Positions 42,796 through 50,828 of a stretch of 50,828 nucleotides of DNA are shown here, in pieces. The stretch covers positions 1 through 50,828 of IMG/VR virus record IMGVR_UViG_3300023267_000002. One strand, written 5' to 3'. Every line of letters starts with the position of its first letter. Within the stretch, counting starts at the first letter, position 1. Under the pieces are notes generated by a model that worked only from the letters and a program-made list of their open reading frames with translations, made no database searches and was not told where the DNA came from. The position numbers and the translations under genes were made by a program. This DNA is from a virus. Taxonomy: Duplodnaviria; Caudoviricetes.

Positions 42796-44171
42796 GGTAC
42801 AGGCCCTTGCAGCGGCGAGCCGCCGCCGTCCACGTAGACGTAGGAGACGTTGCCGAACTTGTCGACGAGCTTCTTCTTCGTCAGCTCGCCCGCGGCGCCA
42901 GCGCCCTGGTTGTTGCCCTGCCCGGCGTTCTTCGCGCCCTTCGCGCCGCTGGGCATGTTGCTCTCGCGGATGCACTTGAACGACTGCACGTAGCTGCCCG
43001 GCGTCAGCTCGTCCTTCAAGCTCTGCACGTAGTACCGCCCGGAGATGGCCTTCGCCGGGAAGGTGACCTTCACGACGGTCTTCGCCTGCACGTCCGGATC
43101 GCCGACGGTGCGGTAGTTGAGCTTCGCGCCCTGCTGGATGCCGTGCCGGAAGGTGGACTTCGCCTCGCGCGCGGCCTGCTTTGGATCGCTGGCGGTGGTG
43201 CCCTGCGTCTCCACCGACGCGTTCACCTCCGCCATGAGCTTGTTCGTGTCCTCCTGGATCTTCTGCGCCTGCTTGTCGATGTCGGCCTTCACGTTCTTCA
43301 GCACGCCGTCGAGCTGCTCCTTGACCGCCTTGTTATTGAGCATGTCGCCGAGCGCGCCGAACGACGACAAGCCGCTGGCCGGGTCGATGAGCTTGATCTG
43401 GTCGGTGATCTTCTGCGCCTGGCCATCGGCAGCGGTCGCCGTCGCGCCGATGGGCTTGCCGGTCTTCGGGTCGACGCCGGCGGCCGTCACCGTCGCCGCG
43501 GCCGCCTTGGGCTTGGCGAAGATGTCGTTCTCGACGCCGAAGTCGATGATGTCGCCCTGGCCCGGGTCCAGGTAGTAGACGTACTCGCGGACGAGCTTCT
43601 GCGCGACCTGGCGCGCGTGGAAGTGAAAGCCGGTGTGGTCGACGAAAAACTCGAACTTCTCCTTGTTGGCCAGGTGGCGGATGAACTGCGCGTCCGACAT
43701 GCGAGCTTGCGCGATGTGCTCGTGCACCACCTCCGTGTCCTCGATGTGCTGCCGGTCCTCGCTGTAGCCGTTCTCCTGCGCGATGACCCGCACCACCTCG
43801 CTGCGCGTGCACGTGGCGAAGATGCGCGAGCGCCGCTGCTGGTTCATCAGCGTGCTCCGGGAGAAGGCCTCGACGCTCAGCACGACGGAGCCGGTGGTCT
43901 TCTTGATCACGCACTCGCGCTGCGGGCACATGCGGCCCACATAGCCCCAGCGCACCAGCAGGATGTTGCCCTCGACGAAGAGCGGGTTGTCGAAGTGGGC
44001 CAAGTCCCAGTTGTCGACCTGGAGCGTGAGCTTGTTGGCCTTCTTCTCCTCGTCCTCGTAGGTCAGGCTGGAGATCTTGTGCGACTGGTCGAGCCGCTGC
44101 CCAGCCTTGCCAGGCTGCACGACGATCACCTCGATGACGGGCGCCTCACGCGGCAGCGGCGACGCAGGCAC
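42792..44171 (-). CDS. baseplate hub (late control gpD/gp44-like)
   Basis: VRWGY, Q.RMSDAQFIRHLA and GDP.V.A...SGRYYV. Confidence 0.85.
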   Translation of the reverse strand: MPASPLPREAPVIEVIVVQPGKAGQRLDQSHKISSLTYEDEEKKANKLTLQVDNWDLAHFDNPLFVEGNILLVRWGYVGRMCPQRECVIKKTTGSVVLSVEAFSRSTLMNQQRRSRIFATCTRSEVVRVIAQENGYSEDRQHIEDTEVVHEHIAQARMSDAQFIRHLANKEKFEFFVDHTGFHFHARQVAQKLVREYVYYLDPGQGDIIDFGVENDIFAKPKAAAATVTAAGVDPKTGKPIGATATAADGQAQKITDQIKLIDPASGLSSFGALGDMLNNKAVKEQLDGVLKNVKADIDKQAQKIQEDTNKLMAEVNASVETQGTTASDPKQAAREAKSTFRHGIQQGAKLNYRTVGDPDVQAKTVVKVTFPAKAISGRYYVQSLKDELTPGSYVQSFKCIRESNMPSGAKGAKNAGQGNNQGAGAAGELTKKKLVDKFGNVSYVYVDGGGSPLQGPVP

Positions 44172-44173
44172 GG

Positions 44174-44533
44174 CTACGCAACCTCCCTGCGCTTCTCGAC
44201 GAGGATCTCTTCGAGCAGCGTGCGCAGGCTCGGGATCACGAGCGTGCTGCCCACCTCGAGGTCAAGGGTCGGATCGTGGATCGGGTCGGGCTGGAAGTCG
44301 CAGATCACCCAGTACAGCTCGGAGGGGTTGTCGTGCCCGCCCTCGAAGTAGCGCTCGGCGAGCGTCCACAGGTTGTCGCCCTCCGAGATGGGGTGGATGC
44401 GGTTGTCGTCGAACTCGCGGTAGCGGTAGGGCACGTGCTCGGTGAGGATCAGCACCTCGCCGGACGGGTCCGTGTACGGGTTCGCCGAGATGCCGTAGGA
44501 GAGCTGGAAGCGCGAGAGCAACCGAGGAGGCAT
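44174..44533 (-). CDS. LysM/tail X-like baseplate protein
   Basis: HPISEGDNLWTLAERYF...YWVICDF..DP.L.L.VG..L.IP. Confidence 0.85.
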   Translation of the reverse strand: MPPRLLSRFQLSYGISANPYTDPSGEVLILTEHVPYRYREFDDNRIHPISEGDNLWTLAERYFEGGHDNPSELYWVICDFQPDPIHDPTLDLEVGSTLVIPSLRTLLEEILVEKRREVA

Positions 44534-44537
44534 GGTG

Positions 44538-45044
44538 TCACCGTAGCGTCCCGCTGCTGAACACGTCCTCCGCGTACAGCCGCACGTCACGAATCTCTTC
44601 GATCTTGAGCGCCGCCGTCGTGCGCGTGGGCTGACCGTCGAGCGCGAAGCTCTGGTGCGTGAATTCGACGCTCTCGATCAGCGTGGTGAAGCTGATGAGC
44701 TTCGGCCAGACGAAGATGATCCGCTCCGGCGCGCCCCCGGCGATGGTCTGCGCTCCGCGCTTCGGATAGCAGCACGACAGCAGGAAGCGCCGCGCGCGGG
44801 CCATGTTGTTGATCTGGTTGCCGCGGTCGTCGTAGGCCGAGAAGGCCAGGTCGAAGCTGACGGAGTGGTTCTCGGTGTTGCCGAACTGCGGCTGCGTGTG
44901 GCTCATGCCCATCGTCTTGAGCCGGCCCCACGAAGCGGTCACGCCCTCCTTGAGCTCAGAGGGATTCCACTGCACCACGAGCTGATCGCCGCTCTCGTAC
45001 TTCGTGAAGGTGACCTTCGACGGCTGCTGCTGCTGGTGCGGCAT
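44538..45044 (-). CDS. tail tube initiator (CIS tube-like)
   Basis: VQWNPSEL, P...FVW and F..DG.P.R motifs. Confidence 0.8.
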   Translation of the reverse strand: MPHQQQQPSKVTFTKYESGDQLVVQWNPSELKEGVTASWGRLKTMGMSHTQPQFGNTENHSVSFDLAFSAYDDRGNQINNMARARRFLLSCCYPKRGAQTIAGGAPERIIFVWPKLISFTTLIESVEFTHQSFALDGQPTRTTAALKIEEIRDVRLYAEDVFSSGTLR

Positions 45045-47665
45045 CAGAAGAACTTCCGGCCCGAGGAGCTGGTTTGCTGCTGCGTGACGAAGCTGGCGAG
45101 AGCTTCGCCGTCCGCGCTGGTGAGCTGGAGCGTCATGTTCATCTGCTGCGGCTTGCTCCAGGCGCTCGCGGCCGTCTCGGCGGCGGTTGCGAGCTTGTCC
45201 GCGCTCGCGGTCATGTTGCCGTCGCCGCCCTCTTGCGGCGCCGGCGGCAGCGGCGCCATCGGCGGCGGTCCCTGCATCGATGCCGGCAGCGCGTTGGGCA
45301 CCGGCCCGCCTTGCCCCGCGCCGGGGCCGAACTCGGTGCGCTCATCGGCGCCGCCGACCAGCGAGCGCCCGGGGCCGTTGGTCATGCCGGCCTCGCCGAT
45401 GCCCAGCTCCGCGCGGTACTCGGCATCGGTGGTGAAGCCGAGATCGTTCTTGAGCTTCTTCCACATGTCCGACCAGCCGCTCTCGCCCAGCTCGTCCATG
45501 AGCTGGAAGAGCTGGGAGACGGCCGCGATGATCGCGCCGATCATGATGACGAAGACCCACCCGGGCCCCGCCGCGGCCGCGGCCGACACCGCAAAGCCCC
45601 ACAGCGCCCGCGCGCCGGCGGCGACGGCCCCCACGATGCTCACGCTGTTGACGAAGGCCAGCATGCCGCCGAAGCCGCCCGCAGCCACGGCCGACGCGTA
45701 GAGCTGCACCGCGAGCCCCACGAGCGCGACGATGCCCTTCGAGACGATCATGCCGGCGAGCAGCCCGATGGCGATCCCCAGGCCCCACACGACAGCGCGC
45801 AGGTCGACGCAGGAGTTGAACACGGACACGAACTTCGACGTGAGCCAGCCGATGGCGACGCCCACGCGGATCCCGAGCGCGAGGATGCGGACGAGCCCGC
45901 CGACCACCACCGCGAGCACCTTGCCTACGTTCTGTCCGGTCGTGGCGAACTGGCCAAACTTCCGCTCGTTCTCCGCCGGGTTCACCTTGTCGAGCGCGAT
46001 GCCGACGCCCAGCAGCGCATCCTTCAGGTCCGCGAAGGCCGCGTTGTCGGCGAAGGCGGTGAAGGCGTCGCTGATGCCGCCGAAGAAGGCCTTGACCCGG
46101 TTCCACCAGACGAAGAGGGTGACCGCGAAGGTTTCGACGCCGCTGTTTCCCGCCTCCAGCTCTTCGAGCACCTTGCCGGAGAAGCCGCCCTGCGTGAAGA
46201 GCTGCATCACGGCCTCGAAGGCGAGCCGCACCTTATCCAGCGTGCCCTTGAACACGCCCATGCCGCCGATGTTGTTGTTGATGGCCCACCGCAGCAGCGC
46301 GAGCCCGGCCACGAGCGCGCCGACCGCGATCACCACGGGCCACAGCGGTGCGAGGAAGGCCGCAGCCTTGAGTTTCGCCACCGCCATCACGCCGCTCATG
46401 ACCGAGAAGGCCGACTTCAGCGCGAGGGCGGCGCCGACGACGGAGAGGAACACGGCCGCCATCGCGGCGAAGCGCGCCATCGTCTGGAGCACCGGCGCCG
46501 GAATCTTGGCGAAGGCCACGAGCAGGCCGTTCACGAGCTTGTAGACCGCGACCTTCAGCGGATCGATGGCCTGCCCCACGAGCACCATCGCGTTCTGCTT
46601 CAGCGCCGCGAACCGCTTCTCTTGGAAGGCGGTGGTCTGCGCCATGATCTCGAAGGCGGAAGCCGTGCTGCCGGCCTGGTCGCCTCCGAGCTTCATCGCG
46701 GCGGTCGTCTGATCCATCATCTTCGCGAGGTTCTTGCCGTCGTTGGCGGCGAGCACCATCGCGACCTTCTTGCCGTCGATGCTGCCGAACATCTTCACCA
46801 GCGACTCGTCGGTGTAGCCGGCGGCGCTGGTGATGCTGTTGAGCACGCCGGCGAGCCCCTTGCTCTTGAGCGCGGCGAAGTCGAACTGGATGCCGAGCCG
46901 CTTCGCCTCGTCGGAGGCGTCCTTCGACGGCGTGGCGATGTTGGCGAGCGCTGCGTTCAGGCCGGTCATCGCCTGCGGCGTCTTGATGCCGTTGACGGTG
47001 AGCAGGGCGATCGAGGCGCCCAGCTCGTCGAAGCCCATGCCCATCGCCTCGGCCGTCTTCAGCACCTCGCCCAACGACTGCGACAGCTCGCCGGCGGTAG
47101 TCTTGCCGGCGGCGACGGTGGTGAAGAGCACGTCCGATGCTTGCTTCGCGGTGAGGCCGCTCGCGGAGTAGGCGTTCACGCTCGACGTGAGCACGTCGAC
47201 GGCGCCCTTCAGCTCGGTGTTGCCGCCAACCGCGAACTGCGACGCAACGCCTAGCAGGTCCGTAGCCTGCGCGGCATCGGTGACGCCGGCGCTGATCGTC
47301 TCGTACAGGGCCTCTGCCCCTTGGATGGCCCCGATGCCGTAGGTGTCCGCGAGCCCCATCGTTGCGGCTTGGGCCTTCGCCGTGGACAGCGCCGCCTCGT
47401 CGATGACGGTTCGGATCTGCCCCATCTGCGTGCCGTACTGCGACGACTGCTCCAGTGCGCTGTTGAAGAGCATCAGGCCGCCGGCGCCGGCGATGAACAT
47501 GCCCGCGCCGACGCCGAAGGCAGCGAAGGCCTCCTTGTTGATCGTGGTGAACTTGCCGGCGCTGTCTCGCGTCTGGGCAAGCGACTTCTGGATCTTGGAC
47601 ATGACCCCGGTGGCCATGTCCTTCGCGGTGAAGAGGAAGCCGAGCCCGAGTTGATTCAGTGCCAC
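45044..47665 (-). CDS. tail tape measure protein
   Basis: 873 aa, Ala/Gly-rich; TP901-type core (AEALYETISAG, GKTTAGEL); follows the chaperones. Confidence 0.92.
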   Translation of the reverse strand: MALNQLGLGFLFTAKDMATGVMSKIQKSLAQTRDSAGKFTTINKEAFAAFGVGAGMFIAGAGGLMLFNSALEQSSQYGTQMGQIRTVIDEAALSTAKAQAATMGLADTYGIGAIQGAEALYETISAGVTDAAQATDLLGVASQFAVGGNTELKGAVDVLTSSVNAYSASGLTAKQASDVLFTTVAAGKTTAGELSQSLGEVLKTAEAMGMGFDELGASIALLTVNGIKTPQAMTGLNAALANIATPSKDASDEAKRLGIQFDFAALKSKGLAGVLNSITSAAGYTDESLVKMFGSIDGKKVAMVLAANDGKNLAKMMDQTTAAMKLGGDQAGSTASAFEIMAQTTAFQEKRFAALKQNAMVLVGQAIDPLKVAVYKLVNGLLVAFAKIPAPVLQTMARFAAMAAVFLSVVGAALALKSAFSVMSGVMAVAKLKAAAFLAPLWPVVIAVGALVAGLALLRWAINNNIGGMGVFKGTLDKVRLAFEAVMQLFTQGGFSGKVLEELEAGNSGVETFAVTLFVWWNRVKAFFGGISDAFTAFADNAAFADLKDALLGVGIALDKVNPAENERKFGQFATTGQNVGKVLAVVVGGLVRILALGIRVGVAIGWLTSKFVSVFNSCVDLRAVVWGLGIAIGLLAGMIVSKGIVALVGLAVQLYASAVAAGGFGGMLAFVNSVSIVGAVAAGARALWGFAVSAAAAAGPGWVFVIMIGAIIAAVSQLFQLMDELGESGWSDMWKKLKNDLGFTTDAEYRAELGIGEAGMTNGPGRSLVGGADERTEFGPGAGQGGPVPNALPASMQGPPPMAPLPPAPQEGGDGNMTASADKLATAAETAASAWSKPQQMNMTLQLTSADGEALASFVTQQQTSSSGRKFF

Positions 47666-47675
47666 GTCTTCCCCG

Positions 47676-47891
47676 TCACTTCTTCGCGTAGGCCTTCTTC
47701 TTCGCTTCGTGCTCGGCAGACCGCCGCGCGTTGAGCTTCTCCACGAACCAATGGATCCGACTCATCGGCAGCACGTCCACGTCGCTCAGGCTGAAGGATA
47801 GCCCGGAACCGCCGTCCTGCGTGTAGCAGAGCTCGAAGATCCAATCCCAGTAATGCTCGCTCTGGAGGTCCCCGAAGAGACCTCCGAGCAC
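47676..47891 (-). CDS. tail assembly chaperone downstream ORF (gpT-like; possibly reached by -1 frameshift)
   Basis: Short ORF between chaperone and tape measure in the -1 frame; no ATG near its 5' end. Confidence 0.6.
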   Translation of the reverse strand: MLGGLFGDLQSEHYWDWIFELCYTQDGGSGLSFSLSDVDVLPMSRIHWFVEKLNARRSAEHEAKKKAYAKK

Positions 47892-47899
47892 GAGGTCCG

Positions 47900-48841
47900 T
47901 TACTCCGCCAGCCGCTGCTCGACTTCCTTCTCCGCCTCCGCCAGGTCCTCGTCTGTCTCCGTCCCCGTCTCCTTCTTCATCGTCGAGTCGCCGACGACTC
48001 TCGACGACGCTCTCGGGAAGAAGAAGTCCCCGGCGAAAGGGAGCGGCTGATCCTGGGCGTGCTCGCACGACGGGCACACCGTCTCGATCGTCGTCTCGAT
48101 GCCGCAGCCGTGCGAGTCGTACATGTCCAGCAGGCCGGCGATCACGCGCATCGGCTGGTCATCGAAGAAGGCCGCATGCTTGCGCCGGCGCTCGATGTCG
48201 CCCTGCACGCCCTTGGCCTTGATCTCGATGCCATCGATCGAGACCGTGTGCAGCAGCACGCTCTCCAGCAGCAGGTTGGGCTCGTCGTCCTGCTGCGGCT
48301 TGCCTCCTCGGCCGCGCTTCTTCTGCTGCAAGCGCTCCTGCTTGCGCGTCTCGGCTGCCCTACGCTGGTCGTCGCCGGTGATGAGCCTGAACACGATGTC
48401 GCGGTCCGTGCCGGGCAGCTTGCCCTCGAAGCGGTTGCCGGCGCGGAAGACTTCGCGGTCTTCCTTCGACAGCATGCGCCGCGGCAGCTCGGAGAGGTCG
48501 ATGCTCCACTCGTAGCGATCCTGGCAGCTGCCGTTCTCGCACTGCACCTTGAAGATGTACTCGGGCCCGAAGCTCTCGATGCGGATGTCGACGAGCGTGC
48601 TGTCGCGGTCGCCGGCGAGGGACTTGCCCCAGTTGGGCGCCGGGAAAGATTCGCCCCCTTCGCTCACCACTGCGAGGTTGCTGTAGGGACCGGGATCGTC
48701 GGTCTTCAACCAGCAGCTCTTCAGGATGTAGTCGGGGATCATGTTCGAGCGATTCACCCTCATGTCGGTCAGGAAGCGCCCGTCGCGCCCTGTCAGACCT
48801 CGGATGTCGCCGCGGAGTCCAGACGGAGTGGTGATAATCAC
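47900..48841 (-). CDS. tail assembly chaperone / T4 gp26-gp51-like protein
   Basis: GDRD..LV.IR..SFG, CENGSC and CPSC..LPF..DFFFP; between tube and tape measure. Confidence 0.75.
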   Translation of the reverse strand: MIITTPSGLRGDIRGLTGRDGRFLTDMRVNRSNMIPDYILKSCWLKTDDPGPYSNLAVVSEGGESFPAPNWGKSLAGDRDSTLVDIRIESFGPEYIFKVQCENGSCQDRYEWSIDLSELPRRMLSKEDREVFRAGNRFEGKLPGTDRDIVFRLITGDDQRRAAETRKQERLQQKKRGRGGKPQQDDEPNLLLESVLLHTVSIDGIEIKAKGVQGDIERRRKHAAFFDDQPMRVIAGLLDMYDSHGCGIETTIETVCPSCEHAQDQPLPFAGDFFFPRASSRVVGDSTMKKETGTETDEDLAEAEKEVEQRLAE

Positions 48842-48850
48842 GAGCCCACG

Positions 48851-49159
48851 TTACCGCGGGGCATCTTCTCGAACAAGCCGACGCTTCAGCTTGCCGGGGC
48901 GCGTGGCCGCCGACTTCGTTCCGTGATCGTCGAGGTAGCGCACGCGTCGGTTGATGCCTGCGAGCTTGCGATCGTGGTTCTCCCAGCGCGCGCGCATGCG
49001 CCGGTCGTGCGGGTTGTCGGCCCAGCCGAGCGCGCTCGATGCAGGGTCGCGCGGCCGCGGCAGGCCCCAAAACAACATCGCCAGCATCACCGTGGAGGCG
49101 ACGCTGGCGATGGTCGAGACGCAGAGGAGGACGACGACGATCGTCAGGCCAGCTCCCAC
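48851..49159 (-). CDS. small membrane protein
   Basis: Long N-terminal hydrophobic stretch. Confidence 0.45.
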   Translation of the reverse strand: MGAGLTIVVVLLCVSTIASVASTVMLAMLFWGLPRPRDPASSALGWADNPHDRRMRARWENHDRKLAGINRRVRYLDDHGTKSAATRPGKLKRRLVREDAPR

Positions 49160-49596
49160 CCGTCGAAGGCCAGCTCCATCTTCTCGATGACGTTCTCGTC
49201 GGCGTCATTGTCCCAGTCGCCGGCGGTGAACTTCGTCGGCCAGGCGCCATAGAGCGACCAGCGGCGCAGCTCGGTGCCGTCGCGATCGAGCTGCACGATG
49301 TCGAGGTTCTTCTTGTACTCGGAATCCTTGAGGCCGGTCCCCGCGGCCATGTCGATGACCTGCTTGAACCAGTTCCAGCAGTCGAGGTCCTTCGTCGCGC
49401 CGCGCTCCAGCGTGAGGTTGGACGTCTTCAGTCGACCCGGCGACTTGTTCGCGATGACGGTGCCGCCCTCCCACTGCTCGATGACGGCCACCTCCGCTTC
49501 CAGCTCCGAGCACTTCTGGAAGCCGCTGAAGGCGAAGCCGTCGATCTCGATCACGAACTTGAACTTCTTGTGGTAGCTGCGGGCTTCTCCGAACAT
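49144..49596 (-). CDS. tail tube protein (T4 gp19-like)
   Basis: [14 protein letters not shown]....LTLERG and W.L..AWP.K...GDWD. Confidence 0.93.
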   Translation of the reverse strand: MFGEARSYHKKFKFVIEIDGFAFSGFQKCSELEAEVAVIEQWEGGTVIANKSPGRLKTSNLTLERGATKDLDCWNWFKQVIDMAAGTGLKDSEYKKNLDIVQLDRDGTELRRWSLYGAWPTKFTAGDWDNDADENVIEKMELAFDGWELA

Positions 49597-49637
49597 GCTC
49601 TCTCTCCTCGGCGGTCGGGATGGGGTGGAGCCCGCGA

Positions 49638-50828
49638 TCAGGCTGCTGCGGCCAGCTCAGCTTCGAGCGCCCGCGTATCCTGCGACACGCGGATGACGAT
49701 GTACTCGGCAGGCTTCGCCGTCGCGAGGCCGATGCGCCCGTTGACCCTGCGCACGAAGCCCTCGCTCGGAGGGTTGAGCGCAGGGCCGAAGTCGACGAAG
49801 AAGGCCTCGTCCGGCGCATCGCTCGCGAAGGCGCCGAGCGCCGTCTGCGCCCGCAAGAACGTCTTCACGTTGCGCTGGAGCTCCGCCAGCAACCGCGGCT
49901 TGATCTTGCGGTGCTTGGCGAACTCCAGGCCGCTCTGCACCGACGTCTCGATGAACGAGACGCCGCGGCGCTCGCCGATGGTCGGGAAGTTGCCGTCCGC
50001 CTTCAGCGTGCGCGCGCCGTCGATGTGCACCGCCTTGCCGTCGATGGCGGTGATCGGGTTGATCAGCTCGGGGAACACGAGGTCGCGCGCGTCCTCCTCG
50101 TTCACCTCGATGTCCTCGACGCCCAGGACGACGGGCGAGAGCTTGCCCCACTCGATGCCCGCCGGCGCCTCGTAGACGCCGCCGTCCCGCTCGTCGTTCT
50201 TCGCCATGCGGCCGCAGACGGCAGCGCTCGGCGGCGCCAGGATGGTGGTGCTGTTGCCGAAGAGCGACTTGCTCGGGTTGGCGACCTTGACCCGAGGCCA
50301 GTAGATCGCTCCGTGCTCCGTCGAGCCCTGGAGCAGAGCGGTGCTCTTCACGTAGGTGACGATCGCGCTCTTGTTCATGCCCGCCGGCGAGTCGAGCACG
50401 GCGAAGACGCGCCCGTTCCGCGTCACGTCCGTGTAGGTCAGCATCGCGTTGTGCATGACCGACGTGCTGCGGCCGGGGACCGCGAGCAGGCCCAGGTCAG
50501 CGACGGCATCGAGCGCGCGCAGGCCCGTGCGGCCAGCCTGCGAGCCAACGAAATCGTTGTCTCCGATCGAGGCCAGGCCGTCGTTGCCGCCGGTCATCGC
50601 GTAGGAGCCGTTGGCGGGACGGTTGAGCGGCGAGCTAGTGGCCGGCGACATGTCCGTCGCCTGCACAAGGTTCGAGCCGTTGTTGGCGTCGTTGAGGATC
50701 GTCTCGATGTAGCGCGGATGCGTCGGGTCGATCGAGACGTTCGGCCACGTCTCGAGAACCACGCCGGCCTCGAGGACGAGGAAGTTGAACTCGTTCGCGG
50801 CGCCGCTGGTCGCGTTCTCGATTCGTGG
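49638..50828 (-). CDS. tail sheath protein (5' end outside the window)
   Basis: [33 protein letters not shown] and KPAEYIVIR; frame open to the window edge. Confidence 0.93.
   Translation of the reverse strand, partial: PRIENATSGAANEFNFLVLEAGVVLETWPNVSIDPTHPRYIETILNDANNGSNLVQATDMSPATSSPLNRPANGSYAMTGGNDGLASIGDNDFVGSQAGRTGLRALDAVADLGLLAVPGRSTSVMHNAMLTYTDVTRNGRVFAVLDSPAGMNKSAIVTYVKSTALLQGSTEHGAIYWPRVKVANPSKSLFGNSTTILAPPSAAVCGRMAKNDERDGGVYEAPAGIEWGKLSPVVLGVEDIEVNEEDARDLVFPELINPITAIDGKAVHIDGARTLKADGNFPTIGERRGVSFIETSVQSGLEFAKHRKIKPRLLAELQRNVKTFLRAQTALGAFASDAPDEAFFVDFGPALNPPSEGFVRRVNGRIGLATAKPAEYIVIRVSQDTRALEAELAAAA

Noticed and set aside
30992-50828. Stand-alone eCIS/tailocin or T6SS locus
   Set aside because: It is contiguous and co-oriented with lysis-like, replication and tRNA genes, has a TP901-type tape measure, and shows no Afp15-like ATPase or T6SS membrane complex.

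Overview
This is a ~51 kb, very GC-rich (about 70% by eye) segment of a contractile-tailed (myovirus-like) phage or prophage genome. The host is probably Myxococcota-like, but that is an inference. Almost all genes lie on the minus strand. Read in the direction of transcription (right to left), the window has four parts. (1) Tail module: partial sheath, tube, assembly chaperones with a candidate -1 frameshift, tape measure, tube initiator, LysM/X, hub, spike, gp25, baseplate J, wedge and fibre proteins. (2) A candidate lysis cassette containing a papain-like C1 peptidase. (3) A replication/recombination module: SSB-like protein, DinG, DEDDh exonuclease, SF2 helicase, DnaG-type primase-helicase, N6-type methyltransferase and a RecB/Cas4-like nuclease. 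(4) Many small Cys-rich accessory genes, a HerA-like ATPase and a DprA/SLOG protein, ending in a short, mostly plus-strand block that starts with ruvC. No head, terminase, integrase, DNA polymerase or CRISPR array is visible. Two non-coding signals stand out. The first is a ~450 bp cassette (2748-3198, minus strand) of back-to-back tRNA-like RNAs: a circularly permuted tRNA-Pro-like/Y-RNA-like element, an atypical tRNA-Tyr(GUA), an ACCA-ended minihelix and an anticodon-less tRNA mimic, bracketed by an 18-bp inverted repeat. The second is a dispersed asymmetric 12-bp motif, CAGGACAAACAC (7 perfect and 8 variant copies). It is confined to the left ~27.5 kb, is mostly co-oriented with transcription and is embedded in coding sequence through rare codons. 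All calls were made by eye; no searches were run.
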